Assembly: GCA_002452155.1 (NCBI GenBank)
Contig: DKEK01000002.1
Span: 85,750-149,749, forward strand
Direction of reading: 5' to 3'
Length of the DNA: 64,000 nucleotides
Source of the DNA: Candidatus Saccharibacteria bacterium UBA6824
GTDB lineage: Bacteria; Patescibacteriota; Saccharimonadia; Saccharimonadales; UBA10212
The notes under the pieces are model-generated. The model was not told where the DNA came from. It searched no databases and worked only from the letters and a program-made list of their open reading frames with translations. Every line of letters begins with the position of its first letter. Positions within the stretch are counted from its first letter, which is position 1. The position numbers and the translations under genes are program-made. Shown piece by piece: positions 10,270 to 20,373 of the stretch.

Positions 10270-10818
10270 GTGAACATCATAAAAAAGTCATTGAACAATT
10301 CGAACTTTCGCATCTGGCTGGCCCTAGTCGGCACGGCCACCCTAATTATCGGCGGTGCCTACACCATGGTCCAGCAATCGACCCGGCAAGCAGCCAATGA
10401 CGCGCCTATAGCCAGGGCGCAGCAGGTCAAGCAGCTACTGGAAAGCGGAGTCAGCCCGGCAGATGCTGTTCCATCCCAGAAGATAGATCTCAAAGAGAAT
10501 ATTAACGTTTTTGTCATCGTTACGGGCAAAAATCAGCAGGTATTGGCCAGCTCAGCCCAGCTTGATGGCAAAACACCGCTGCCTCCAACCGGTGTATTTA
10601 GATATGCCCTGTTGCATGGCTCGGATACATTAACCTGGCAGCCGGCGGCTGATGTCCGCATCGCTTCGCATGCCGAAACTTACAAAGACGGCTTCATAAT
10701 CACCGGTCAATCGCTTGACCCTTTCGAGGAACGCGTAGGTATCTACGATTTACTCGCCCTCGCTGCTTGGCTGGCTGTTTTGATCTGGGCTTCTTTAGTT
10801 TTGCTGTTCCCGCTCTAA
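10270..10818 (+). CDS. Hypothetical 2-TM protein resembling an isolated extracytoplasmic sensor domain
   Basis: TM-loop-TM; RQAANDAP and LTWQP...VRIA; no kinase domain. Confidence 0.55.
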   Translation: MNIIKKSLNNSNFRIWLALVGTATLIIGGAYTMVQQSTRQAANDAPIARAQQVKQLLESGVSPADAVPSQKIDLKENINVFVIVTGKNQQVLASSAQLDGKTPLPPTGVFRYALLHGSDTLTWQPAADVRIASHAETYKDGFIITGQSLDPFEERVGIYDLLALAAWLAVLIWASLVLLFPL

Positions 10819-11531
10819 GCCGCCGCTTTCTCTAGCGAAAGCCCTTGTGCGAAAGCAAGGGCTGCCGCGGCTTCTTCTCGTGGTATATTGCCGGTCAAAA
10901 CGTAACCTGACCCCTGCATAATTCTAGCTCGAGCATATTCAGGCGCCATCATCAGCAGAGCGCCGGTTATCAATTCTTCAGGAAGGACCGTAATGTCGTC
11001 TACGCCCTCGATTAACCCTTCATTTGCTTGCATAAATCTATCCCTCGCACGTCTTAAGCCGGCGATCTCGGCTTCGGTCTGATTGGGCCTGACGGCAATT
11101 TTCTCCGAGCCTCTAGCCGCCAGGTAGTTTTCATCTAGCCGGCGTAATTTACGGGTCTCGGTTATGGTTTGTTTCATAGCCTCTGGGAAAGGTACCGTAA
11201 CATCAATAATATGCCTATCGTGGTGATCGTTGTGACGGCAGGCATATATCCATACTGTTAGATGAATCAACTCCCTGAACTTAGCAGCCAGGCCTCCGTG
11301 AGCTTCATGAAAGGGCTTCGAACTATGTAGGTGGTGCTGCGTTAGGCGGCAGGTTTCGTTGTCGCCCCTAAAACGGCAGTTTTCTCGCATACAATCGAGC
11401 ATCGGAGGGGGTATGACAATACCGTACTCATTCGTATCAAGGTGCATACGCTCGGGATGTACTATTAATTCTGGGGGGCGCTCTAAATCGACCAAACCGC
11501 TGCCATCTAGCGGGAAAGCCTCTTTAGCCAT
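10815..11531 (-). CDS. Hypothetical protein with Cys/His cluster
   Basis: 238-aa ORF; CMRENC..C..TQHHLH..ACRHNDHH. Confidence 0.6.
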   Translation of the reverse strand: MAKEAFPLDGSGLVDLERPPELIVHPERMHLDTNEYGIVIPPPMLDCMRENCRFRGDNETCRLTQHHLHSSKPFHEAHGGLAAKFRELIHLTVWIYACRHNDHHDRHIIDVTVPFPEAMKQTITETRKLRRLDENYLAARGSEKIAVRPNQTEAEIAGLRRARDRFMQANEGLIEGVDDITVLPEELITGALLMMAPEYARARIMQGSGYVLTGNIPREEAAAALAFAQGLSLEKAAA

Positions 11532-11790
11532 TTGTTATCCTTTTTGTTTTTCCCATAACGCTTATTTTTACTTTTTCATAAGGTCGGCGCTTATGCAAGT
11601 TTTTATCATTTAGAAATGCAGGAAAAGGCCCGCTTATCCACAGAACAGAAGGGTGGGGCGTCCTAGACAAAATAAATTTCTTATGCTAAAATAGCTATAT
11701 TGTTCGAAATGAATCCGGCGTTTTAGTTTTTAACCCAGGCTTCATTTGAAGCAAAAGTGTTAATAACTAAAATAGGAGGATTCTTTTTTT

Positions 11791-12993
11791 ATGCCTTACG
11801 TTTCACACCGCCGGCCCAGCGCCGGCCGACGCCCAGCCGCAGGCGCCCCGCGCCGCTCTAGAAGCAACAAACAGGCAATCGCGCCAGGTCGTTATGTAAA
11901 AGCCGCTAACCCCGCACAAACCGGCGATTACACCGCCAAGAATGACTTCGCCGATTTCGCCATCCATCCCTTGTTCAAAAACAATATTGCCGGCAAGGGC
12001 TATAAAATGCCGTCGGAAATCCAAGATAAAGCTATTGCTTTAGGGCTATCGGGCCGCGATGTAGTCGGCGTAGCCAATACCGGCACCGGCAAGACGGCCG
12101 CTTTTGCTATTCCGATCTTAAATAAACTTGTACACGAGCGCGATTCACAAGCCCTTATTATCGCACCGACCCGCGAGTTGGCCTTGCAGATCGAGGGGCA
12201 GTGTAAGTTGCTGGCCCAACACAGCGGCCTGTCAGGCGCCTTGATTATTGGCGGCCTGCCCATGGGCAGCCAGGTTAACGCCCTTAAAAATGGCGCCAAT
12301 ATTATCATTGGCACGCCGGGACGGCTCAAAGACCACGTCAAACAGGGAACCCTAAAGCTCAACAATTGCCGGATGGTGGTGCTCGACGAAGTTGACCGCA
12401 TGCTGGACATGGGTTTCATAAACGACGTGCGGCACTTGCTGGAGTTACTGCCGGCTGAACGCCAATCGTTCTTTTTCTCGGCGACTCTTGGTCCGGAGAT
12501 CGACATGCTAATCCAGAGCTTTTCCAAAGATCCGGTTACCGTCAACGTCAAAGCCGGCGAAACCAGCGACAATGTCCACCAGGACGTAATAGCTTACGAG
12601 ACCAAGCCCCAGCGCCTGGACCTGCTACACGACTTACTGCTTCGTAGTGACGTCAGAAAGACGCTGATTTTTTGTGAGATGAAATGCGGTGCTGAGAGAC
12701 TTGCCAAGGAACTGGTGGCCCGCGGCTTTAACGCCGATGCCTTGCACGGTGGCAAAACCCAAAACCGCCGCCGCCGGGCACTGGATAGTTTCCGCGACAG
12801 TAGCATTAACATCTTAGTGGCCACAGACGTCGCCGCCCGCGGCATAGACGTCATTGATATTACCCACGTAATCAACTTTGATGAGCCCCACAGTTATAAC
12901 GACTACATTCACCGCATTGGCCGCGCCGGCCGGGCCGGCAGAATTGGCCACGCCCTAACCTTTGTGCAAACCAAAGCTGCCGTCCGCTTCTAA
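11791..12993 (+). CDS. DEAD-box RNA helicase
   Basis: GTGKTAAF, PTRELA, TPGR, DEVD, SAT, ARGID, HRIGRAGR; AGGAGG upstream. Confidence 0.96.
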   Translation: MPYVSHRRPSAGRRPAAGAPRRSRSNKQAIAPGRYVKAANPAQTGDYTAKNDFADFAIHPLFKNNIAGKGYKMPSEIQDKAIALGLSGRDVVGVANTGTGKTAAFAIPILNKLVHERDSQALIIAPTRELALQIEGQCKLLAQHSGLSGALIIGGLPMGSQVNALKNGANIIIGTPGRLKDHVKQGTLKLNNCRMVVLDEVDRMLDMGFINDVRHLLELLPAERQSFFFSATLGPEIDMLIQSFSKDPVTVNVKAGETSDNVHQDVIAYETKPQRLDLLHDLLLRSDVRKTLIFCEMKCGAERLAKELVARGFNADALHGGKTQNRRRRALDSFRDSSINILVATDVAARGIDVIDITHVINFDEPHSYNDYIHRIGRAGRAGRIGHALTFVQTKAAVRF

Positions 12994-13031
12994 CCCGAGC
13001 CGATTGACCCTTAAAGTAGTAAGATGATTTT

Positions 13032-13412
13032 GTGATTCAACTCAGCGATAAGCAATTCAAAAAAATTGTAACCGAGGCTATTGACGCCATTCCGTCGCCC
13101 TATATCGACCGGCTGGAAAACGTCGCTTTCATTATCGAAGATGCGCCGACGCCGGCGCAGTCCCACAAGCTGGGTCTGCGCTGCGAGAATCTGCTTTTCG
13201 GGCTGTACGAGGGCGTGCCGCTGCCTCGTCGTATGGGTGCCACCAAACTTTTGCCCGATAAAATAACCCTTTTTAAGAAGCCGCTGGAAATGGTCAGCCA
13301 AGATGTGAACGATCTCATCAAGCGCGTAAAAAATACCGTTTGGCATGAAGTAGCCCATTATTATGGTTTAGATCACGAGCGTATCCACGAGTTAGAGAAT
13401 AGGCCGAAGTAA
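13032..13412 (+). CDS. Zincin-like metallopeptidase (minimal zincin)
   Basis: LFGLYEGVPL, LPDKITLF, WHEVAHYYG. Confidence 0.88.
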   Translation: MIQLSDKQFKKIVTEAIDAIPSPYIDRLENVAFIIEDAPTPAQSHKLGLRCENLLFGLYEGVPLPRRMGATKLLPDKITLFKKPLEMVSQDVNDLIKRVKNTVWHEVAHYYGLDHERIHELENRPK

Positions 13413-13459
13413 ACCGGCCGGTGTTTGAAGTTGCAACGGTTTTTATGGGATAATAGAGG

Positions 13460-13928
13460 TATGAGATATTTTTGGCGTGGCTTAGGCAAACACCGTTTAC
13501 TGGCCGGCCTGTTGCTAGTTGGTATCACCGGCTGGGCAATGTATGCCGGCACTCAGCAAGCTTCAAACCAAGCAGCTTATAGTCAAGGTTCGCCGCGGCA
13601 GGGGATGTCCGGCGCTAAAATTTTGCAGACAGATACACTCGGTATTTCAAGTGAGGCTAGTAGCAGCAGTCAAACTAATTCCGATAATCAACCCCAAAAC
13701 GATAATTCGGCGTCTGGTAGCCCATCCTCGACAGCTGTTCCGCCCAGCCTGCCAGCCGGCGAGGATAGCAGTTATCCTAAGTCAATGCCCTGCATGCAGT
13801 CAGCGGCCAATACTGAATGGCCCGGCTGCTTCCCCAAAGGCTGCACGGAGCCCATGGCGGACGGCAGTATGGACTGCAGCCGCTGCGGCGTCGATATGGG
13901 CGCGCAGCCTGCCTGCTTGATCCAATAA
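13460..13928 (+). CDS. Membrane-anchored Ser-rich protein with Cys-rich C-terminus
   Basis: ATG 13460 after GAGGT; TM, low-complexity linker, six Cys at the end. Confidence 0.6.
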
Positions 13929-13980
13929 AACTGTATTCTTCACCAAAACGGGGGTATAATTAGGTCAGATTGGAGGGTAT

Positions 13981-14238
13981 ATGGCACAAAAAACACTCGG
14001 CAAAGTCATTCACTACTACGACCACCTAGGCGTCGCGGTAATAAAGTTGGCTAAGGGCGCTGCCCTAAAAAAGGGTGACAGGGTGGAGTTCAAAGGTAGC
14101 AGTACCGACTTTACCCAGAAGGTTGTTTCGCTGCAGGCGGACCACGAAGACGTCGATTCAGTCAAGGCCGGCGACGACTTTGGCCTAAAAGTCGATAAGC
14201 CCGTCCGCGAGGGCGACGCCGTCCACCCAGCCGCCTAG
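13981..14238 (+). CDS. Small EF-Tu domain-2-like / U32 peptidase C-terminal-like beta-barrel protein
   Basis: GKVIHYYDHLGVAVIKL...LKKGD...FGLKVDKPVREGD; GGAGG RBS. Confidence 0.75.
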   Translation: MAQKTLGKVIHYYDHLGVAVIKLAKGAALKKGDRVEFKGSSTDFTQKVVSLQADHEDVDSVKAGDDFGLKVDKPVREGDAVHPAA

Positions 14239-14276
14239 CTCTATATTCTTCCCTCGGACAGGTCTATACTTCCTAA

Positions 14277-15536
14277 TTGATGAAGCATAAGCGTAATCAA
14301 TCGGGTTTTCATCATATTTTTTTGCTACTCGTGATTCTTGTTCTGGCCGTCGTCGGCTTCGTCGGCTATAGGGTGTTCAATAAAAACCACAGTTCCGGCG
14401 GCGGTAATTCGGGAACAAAAGCCGGCCTAAAATTGGTCAAGGGCGAAAATATCGATAATCAAGGCTGTAGCGGCTCCGGGCCAGTCATGTTCGGTACCAG
14501 CCCGATGGACCCTAAAGACGTTGGCGTGTTTCTACCACTTGGTTTGATGGTTGGCGCTCATGTGACGCCGATTGATCACATGTATTTCTCGCCGATTGAC
14601 TTTCACTCTGCCCGCGACACTTACGAGGTAAGGGCAATGGCCGATGGGCTCATTACCGCCATCAGCCAGCGGTCTCGGCAGGTAAATGACATTAATAATG
14701 GCGCGCCTAAACTGGCGGAGTACCAGCTCAAGTTTTGGTACAGCTGCACCTTCGCTAGTTACTATGACTTGATCACCAGTTTATCACCCAGGTTGCAATC
14801 GGAGTTCGAAGCTCACAAGGGGAGTGGCGGTAACGCCAGCGTTCAGGTCAAGGTTAAAGAGGGCGAAGTAGTAGGCCGGATCGGCGGCCAAACGCTTGAT
14901 TTCGCAGTTTATGATTACACAAAAATATTACCGGGCTTTATCGTACCCGAACATTATTTGGGAGAGTCATGGAAACTTCACGTTGTTAATCCGTTTCCGT
15001 ACTTTAAAGAACCGGTTAGAAGCCAGCTACTGGCTTTAGACCCCCGCCAAGCCGATCCCCGCGAAGGCAAAATCGATTATGACCAAGACGGCAAGCTGGT
15101 CGGCACGTGGTTTAAGGAAGGCAATAATGGCTTTGGCTCGAGCGGTGGGCAAAACCCGTCGCCCTGGCGGGCCCATCTGTCCTTTGTCTATGACGCTGTT
15201 GATCCGGCGTTGGTTGAAGTATCCATAGGCGATTACGGCGGACAATCCCAGCAGTTCGCCCTCATATCTAACGGGCCCGATCCGGCCACCATAGGCGTCG
15301 GCAACTTGGTCAAGTTCGAGCTGACCCAGATCGATCACTATCTTAGCGGCAGCGGCCAGCAGTGGGATAATATGCATGTTTATAGCGACATCAAAGGTCG
15401 GCCTGGTACGTACGTGCAGGGAGTGGCCCTGACGCAGATGACCGATAAACGCAAGCTCAAGTTCGAAGCCTTCCCGGGTAAAACTGCCGCACAGGTAACC
15501 GGCTTTACAACGGCCGCCCAAACCTACGAACGCTAG
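14277..15536 (+). CDS. Exported protein with pilin-like N-terminus and M23-like beta fold
   Basis: NQSGF plus hydrophobic stretch; PIDHMYF, VRAMADG, VKVKEGEVVGRIGG..LDF. Confidence 0.6.
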   Translation: MMKHKRNQSGFHHIFLLLVILVLAVVGFVGYRVFNKNHSSGGGNSGTKAGLKLVKGENIDNQGCSGSGPVMFGTSPMDPKDVGVFLPLGLMVGAHVTPIDHMYFSPIDFHSARDTYEVRAMADGLITAISQRSRQVNDINNGAPKLAEYQLKFWYSCTFASYYDLITSLSPRLQSEFEAHKGSGGNASVQVKVKEGEVVGRIGGQTLDFAVYDYTKILPGFIVPEHYLGESWKLHVVNPFPYFKEPVRSQLLALDPRQADPREGKIDYDQDGKLVGTWFKEGNNGFGSSGGQNPSPWRAHLSFVYDAVDPALVEVSIGDYGGQSQQFALISNGPDPATIGVGNLVKFELTQIDHYLSGSGQQWDNMHVYSDIKGRPGTYVQGVALTQMTDKRKLKFEAFPGKTAAQVTGFTTAAQTYER

Positions 15537-15693
15537 AGGGCCTCGAAAAATCCTTTTTTTTGCTTGTGCTTGCATTAGTCTCAAGATAGTTCCAATATTG
15601 CACATCTCGCGATATGAAATTATCTGGTTGACTACCAAAGCGCCATTCATACCGGCAGCATATCATATATAATAAGCGTAACTGGAGTCTATC

Positions 15694-16785
15694 TTGAGGA
15701 AGATTTTTATTGTCGTAGCTGGTGGAAACGCTGATGCTCAGCGACATTTTGAAGACACTATTCAAAGAAAAAGGAATATTGCTGAGGTAAAACAATTTCT
15801 GCCACCCGAACAAGTAAATAATTTAGAAAATATCTACCACGGATCAGACTTTATTGTTTGGGGTTCTGTGCCTGGCACAATGAATGAACCGCGTTGGGAA
15901 AAAATGGATCCCGGAGACGTGGTACTTATCTACAATGGTGGCAGGATTCAGTTTGCCGGCGAAGTTGCCGCAAAAGTCCGCAGCAAAGACCTAGCAAGGT
16001 ATTTCTGGCGTGAAACCGAAGATCGTGAGACTTGGGAACTCATGTATTTTATAGTCAACGAGGAACGTGTCGATGTCCCTTTAGCAAAACTCAATCCGTT
16101 TTTTGGATATAGCGAAATATATGCACCGCGCGGGTTTACTCAAATCGACCAGGAGAAGGTAAAAACTTTTGCAGCAAATTACGGTGACATTCTAGGAGTG
16201 CTGAAGTCGCTCGAAAAAAACGAAGAAATTATTCCAGTGGCCCCAGTAAAAACACAAGTATTTGAAGAGGAAATCGAGCGGGCAACTACTGAGCATGACG
16301 AAATGCAGTGGAGGTTGATAAGGCTAGGCGAATTAGCGAAACTCGATATTTGGGTTCCGGCAAATGATCAAGGTAAGCAATTTGAGGGCAATAAGTTTCG
16401 TGAGCACGTCTTGCCGGAGTTCCAGCAGGGGATTGATGTGCCGCCAACCATTAAGAATATCGACGTAGTCTGGAAATTTGGCCCGTACTCAATCAAGTCA
16501 GCCTTCGAAATAGAGCATTCGACGTCAGTGTATTCGGGTATTTTGCGTCTCTCAGATTTAAGGACAGAAACACCTAACTCGACCTTTCCGTTATTTATCG
16601 TTGCTGACCAGGGACGTAAACGTAAGGTTTTGAATGAATTGCTACGACCGACTTTTTCTAGCCCGGCGTTGCGTTTAAACGAGGTCGTTAAGTATCTTAG
16701 CTACGACAATATTCGAGAAATTGATGGCTCAGCCAAAAGCGGCTTTAACCCAGAAGTTTTTCAAACTGTCGGGGTTTCACCTTAA
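15694..16785 (+). CDS. Putative restriction endonuclease-like protein (N-terminal EVE/PUA-like, C-terminal PD-(D/E)XK)
   Basis: WG...W.KM.PGDVVLIY; IDVVWK...AFEIEHSTSVYSGILRLSDL. Confidence 0.7.
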   Translation: MRKIFIVVAGGNADAQRHFEDTIQRKRNIAEVKQFLPPEQVNNLENIYHGSDFIVWGSVPGTMNEPRWEKMDPGDVVLIYNGGRIQFAGEVAAKVRSKDLARYFWRETEDRETWELMYFIVNEERVDVPLAKLNPFFGYSEIYAPRGFTQIDQEKVKTFAANYGDILGVLKSLEKNEEIIPVAPVKTQVFEEEIERATTEHDEMQWRLIRLGELAKLDIWVPANDQGKQFEGNKFREHVLPEFQQGIDVPPTIKNIDVVWKFGPYSIKSAFEIEHSTSVYSGILRLSDLRTETPNSTFPLFIVADQGRKRKVLNELLRPTFSSPALRLNEVVKYLSYDNIREIDGSAKSGFNPEVFQTVGVSP

Positions 16786-16830
16786 GCCCAGAACTAACTT
16801 CCGAAAGCGTATAATCATTAGCATAAGGGG

Positions 16831-17421
16831 GTGGGGATGTTTGGTAAGTTCAAGGTTTGGTTCTCGGCTCTATCTTCAATTGGAAAAGTAGGAGTCATCG
16901 CGGGCGCATCGATTCTTACAATAGGTGTAGCCAGTGCGGCCGGCCATTTATCAAAGACCCAATCACCAGTAGTCCCGCCTCCAACAGTTAAGTCCGACAG
17001 CATCGAGCACAAAACGATCATGACGACTGAAGCAGTAGCGTTTGACACAAAAACCGTTGACGATCCTACCCTGGCCGCCGGCACGGACAAAACACAAACC
17101 GAAGGCGTAAACGGCGTAAGAACCAAAACTTGGGATGTCACCTATACCAACGGCAAAGAAACCGGCCGAATAGTGGTGAATGATGGAATCACTACAGCCC
17201 CAGTAACCAAAATCATAGTACATGGTACATACGTCGCCCAGGCTCTAAATTGCCCCAATGGCACTTATGTAAATTCAGTAGGTAATACAGTCTGCAGCCC
17301 ATACAGCGCACCGAGGGTACCAGTCGGTGCAACCGCTCAGTGTAGAGACGGCACATATAGTTTCAGCCAATCCCGAAGTGGCACATGCTCCCACCACGGC
17401 GGTGTCGCTGTCTGGCTCTAG
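16831..17421 (+). CDS. G5 domain + DUF3761-like surface protein
   Basis: DDPTLAAG..K.Q.GVNG (G5); GATAQCRDGTYSFSQSRSGTCSHHGGV. Confidence 0.85.
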   Translation: MGMFGKFKVWFSALSSIGKVGVIAGASILTIGVASAAGHLSKTQSPVVPPPTVKSDSIEHKTIMTTEAVAFDTKTVDDPTLAAGTDKTQTEGVNGVRTKTWDVTYTNGKETGRIVVNDGITTAPVTKIIVHGTYVAQALNCPNGTYVNSVGNTVCSPYSAPRVPVGATAQCRDGTYSFSQSRSGTCSHHGGVAVWL

Positions 17422-17512
17422 TCAAAAATAACGCTTTTTATAAACGCAGCGGCAAAAACAAAAGAACTGGCATTTTGACAAATTGTACTGAACATAGTTA
17501 AAATTAGGTTTT

Positions 17513-17812
17513 ATGTCAGAATTATCCCCAGACGAAGACGAGTATTTGATCAGTATTCCGGAAGCCGTACATTATACGGCGGACGGTATAATTACTGAGG
17601 CCGATGTCTACAGCAACATGGAAGCCGAAAGGCAGCGGGAAGTCATAGCAGGGGCGCTGGATATACCGCTTGAGAAGGTGCTGTTCGCGGACGAGGCTTC
17701 TGCCGATCCCAGGCTAGAAAGAGCCAGGCGAATATCGGTAGCATTTTCCAGTGCTCGTTGGAGTTCTAGCTGGGACCCGGACGCCGCCAAGGGCGACCCA
17801 AACCTAAACTAA
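17513..17812 (+). CDS. Hypothetical acidic protein
   Basis: 99-aa ORF behind TTGACA(17475)-18-TAAAAT(17499). Confidence 0.6.
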   Translation: MSELSPDEDEYLISIPEAVHYTADGIITEADVYSNMEAERQREVIAGALDIPLEKVLFADEASADPRLERARRISVAFSSARWSSSWDPDAAKGDPNLN

Positions 17813-17900
17813 AACTCCGGGCTCGAGAGAACCGAGTCATCGAAGCTCGAAAATAAGCTTTAGCGTGCTACAATTTAGGTAACTTAAAAAGGGGTGGGAT

Positions 17901-18551
17901 ATGGAAACGCAGCAGCAACCAGTGGCAGAACATCAGCCGCAAAAGATGCACAAAGACAGAAACATGAAAGGCAAAATGATAATGTTCTTGCTGGCTATTA
18001 TATTGCTAGGCGTGGGCGCCGGCGCCGGCTGGTGGTGGCGCGACAAAGACGCTAAAGCTTTGGATAAGACCAAGCAGTCCCAGATAACTACCTTAGGCAG
18101 CCAGATAACCCAGCTTCAAAAAGATCTGGTGGACGCTAAAAAAACTACGACCACGACTACTACGACCACCACGACCTCGACCGGCGTCCGACCCAGTGCA
18201 GCAACCTTAAGTAGCATCCAAGATGCCATTAAATCCGGCAACACCGCCGCTTTGGAGGGCTACATGGCATCGACCGTCAAGGTAATTATCGCCGCCAGTG
18301 AGGGCGTCGGTGACCGAACGCCGGCCCAAGCCGTTAGTGATCTTAAATACCTGGACAACGCCACCGATCCTTGGGACTTTGCCCTGCCGGCCGCTACACT
18401 TGCGGCCTACCAGACCGGAGGCTACAAGCAATATTTCCCAACCACCGCCCTGGTGGGTAAATCGGCCAATAAATACGTAGTGTCTTTTCAGTTTGATAGC
18501 AACGGCAAAATCAGCGGCGTCTTTATGGCCGCCAGCTCTGACTTGCTGTAA
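17901..18551 (+). CDS. Membrane-anchored protein with coiled coil and poly-Thr linker
   Basis: TM, coiled coil, poly-Thr run, globular C-terminus. Confidence 0.75.
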   Translation: METQQQPVAEHQPQKMHKDRNMKGKMIMFLLAIILLGVGAGAGWWWRDKDAKALDKTKQSQITTLGSQITQLQKDLVDAKKTTTTTTTTTTTSTGVRPSAATLSSIQDAIKSGNTAALEGYMASTVKVIIAASEGVGDRTPAQAVSDLKYLDNATDPWDFALPAATLAAYQTGGYKQYFPTTALVGKSANKYVVSFQFDSNGKISGVFMAASSDLL

Positions 18552-18578
18552 TAGTTTGTTTTAAGAACGACCGGTCTG

Positions 18579-19100
18579 CTAAACCGCGGCTTGGGAGCCG
18601 AGGTATTTGCCGCGGATCTGAAATAGCAGCCACAGGCCGATGACCGTGCCGATTAAGTAACCGATAAAGTTACCGACGCCGCCGTAATTGGTAAAAATAT
18701 TGACGATTCCGTAGACCAGGTTAACCAGCAGGGCATAGAACATCAGGTTCCAGCCGCGCTTTTGGCGGGCACGGGTTGCCGGAAACGCCATCAGGTAAAG
18801 TACTGCTTCTACCACCAGCACAGCCAGTCCTAGCCAAACGGTGGCATCCAGCTTGTGAACCGCCACGCTGGTGTTAACCCCGTAAGCTTGGCCAAGCTGG
18901 TTGACGTAGTTTGCCAGGCCGTTAACCAAGTGCGCCCAATGCCACAAGGCGTAAGCCGCCCAAAGGGTTATAATCCCCAGCACCAGATTTATCCAGGGTA
19001 ACCACTCTGCCAGAACTTCTTTGCCTTTTTCCGGTAATTTTGGAGCACTTTTTATAAACACGCCCTCTAACGATTTTTCGAGTTGATCTAACGCCGCCAT
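18579..19100 (-). CDS. Hypothetical 4-TM membrane protein
   Basis: ATG 19100 preceded by GGAGG; APKLPE.GK..L..W.PW; GWNLMFY. Confidence 0.75.
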   Translation of the reverse strand: MAALDQLEKSLEGVFIKSAPKLPEKGKEVLAEWLPWINLVLGIITLWAAYALWHWAHLVNGLANYVNQLGQAYGVNTSVAVHKLDATVWLGLAVLVVEAVLYLMAFPATRARQKRGWNLMFYALLVNLVYGIVNIFTNYGGVGNFIGYLIGTVIGLWLLFQIRGKYLGSQAAV

Positions 19101-19207
19101 TTTGACCTCCTTAGTTATTAACTTAAGAATAGACCTATCAGCCGCGCGTAGCAATAAGTAAAATAGCCGAGGCTGCGATTTGTGGCACGTGGGGTGCGAT
19201 AAATAGA

Positions 19208-19245
19208 CAAAAAAAACAGGCCGGAAAGCCCGGCCTGTTTTTTTG
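19208..19245. terminator. Bidirectional intrinsic terminator
   Basis: A-tract CAGGCCGG-loop-CCGGCCTG T-tract downstream of the aquaporin gene. Confidence 0.85.
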
Positions 19246-19258
19246 CCGAAAAAGTCTT

Positions 19259-19891
19259 TTACTTCTTTTTGTTTGGAGCCAAAAGGTACATGTACAGGTT
19301 AACGCCGACAATCGCGCCAACGGCCGGGCCGAGGATGTAAATCGCATTGAAGTTGCGAATGGCCAAGGCCGTAGCCGGGTTTAGGTAGCCGGCGGAAGCG
19401 GTTGCGGCCACCAAGATACCGGCGAAGAATGATGCCCCATAAGCCAAAGCCGTTGTCAGCGTATCTAAACGACGCATTAAAGCAGCTGTTAAGCCCATGG
19501 CCAAGATAGCTGTGCCTACGAGCTCACCGACGAACATCGGTGTGCTCCAGGCCGTGGTTTTAACGGCTAGGGTGTGGTTGGTCAGGTATTGGTACAGCTG
19601 CCATGAGCCCGCAGCCCCCAAAAATTGGGCGGCAATGTAGCTGATCCCCCGAATGGTGGTGACCCTGCGGGCCGTCCACATTGCAAGCGTGATAGCTGGG
19701 TTAAAGTAGCCTCCCGACACGCCGCCAAACAGTACATAGGCTAGAGCCAAGGTCACCGCTACCGATGTTGCGATGAAGTAGGGTACCCCTGTTGTCTCTG
19801 ACAATACCAGCGCCACCATCACTAGCAGTCCTGTGCCAAAAAACTCGGCCAGGACCGCCGCCATTCTGGCTCGATTATATTTAATATACAT
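19259..19891 (-). CDS. MIP/aquaporin family channel
   Basis: AEFFGT; two NPA motifs (GGYFNPA, GYLNPA). Confidence 0.92.
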   Translation of the reverse strand: MYIKYNRARMAAVLAEFFGTGLLVMVALVLSETTGVPYFIATSVAVTLALAYVLFGGVSGGYFNPAITLAMWTARRVTTIRGISYIAAQFLGAAGSWQLYQYLTNHTLAVKTTAWSTPMFVGELVGTAILAMGLTAALMRRLDTLTTALAYGASFFAGILVAATASAGYLNPATALAIRNFNAIYILGPAVGAIVGVNLYMYLLAPNKKK

Positions 19892-19953
19892 TTTCTTCGA
19901 CCCTCCTGTTAACTTATGGTTTTCACTATAGTACGCTTGCCAGGAATAGTAAA

Positions 19954-20023
19954 CCCAGCACCTAGGTCTGAGTGCTTCGCAAGTATCCGCTACAAGCGGA
20001 TAGTCTCAGCCCTAGGTGCTGGG
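19954..20023. repeat. Branched palindromic element (REP/MITE-like)
   Basis: CCCAGCACCTAGG / CCTAGGTGCTGGG 13-bp perfect IR, CTGAG/CTCAG, inner TATCCGC/GCGGATA hairpin. Confidence 0.7.
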
Positions 20024-20058
20024 AAACTAAAAACAGGGGTCATGATACAATATAAGGA

Positions 20059-20316
20059 ATGGATAACGCCCCGGCTGTAAAAATTTACTCTACCTCCTGG
20101 TGCGCTTATTGCGGTGCCGTCAAAGAGTATCTGGATAAGCTTAAGGTGCCCTACAGCGAGATAAACGTCGAGCAGGACCAAGCGGCCATGCACTATATCA
20201 TGAGCAAAACCGGTTCGGCCGGCGTACCGCAGATAGAGATTGGCGACCAAGTGATTTTAGGCTTTGACCGTGCGCGCATCGACCAAGCACTTAAAGATAA
20301 GCATTTAGTGTCTTAG
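20059..20316 (+). CDS. Glutaredoxin (NrdH/YruB-like)
   Basis: YSTSWCAYC, GVPQI, GFD. Confidence 0.92.
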   Translation: MDNAPAVKIYSTSWCAYCGAVKEYLDKLKVPYSEINVEQDQAAMHYIMSKTGSAGVPQIEIGDQVILGFDRARIDQALKDKHLVS

Positions 20317-20373
20317 CGGCCCCGCTGTACGCTACATATAGCGTTTCGGCCGTTTTTATTTTATTATATCTGT

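Noticed and set aside
15580-15698. 10-bp IR CTCAAGATAG/CTATCTTGAG flanking the nuclease promoter as an inverton
   Set aside because: Short, overlaps the start codon, no recombinase nearby; could be chance
18144-18180. ACN trinucleotide run as a contingency repeat
   Set aside because: Mixed Thr codons encode a linker; not a pure slippage tract
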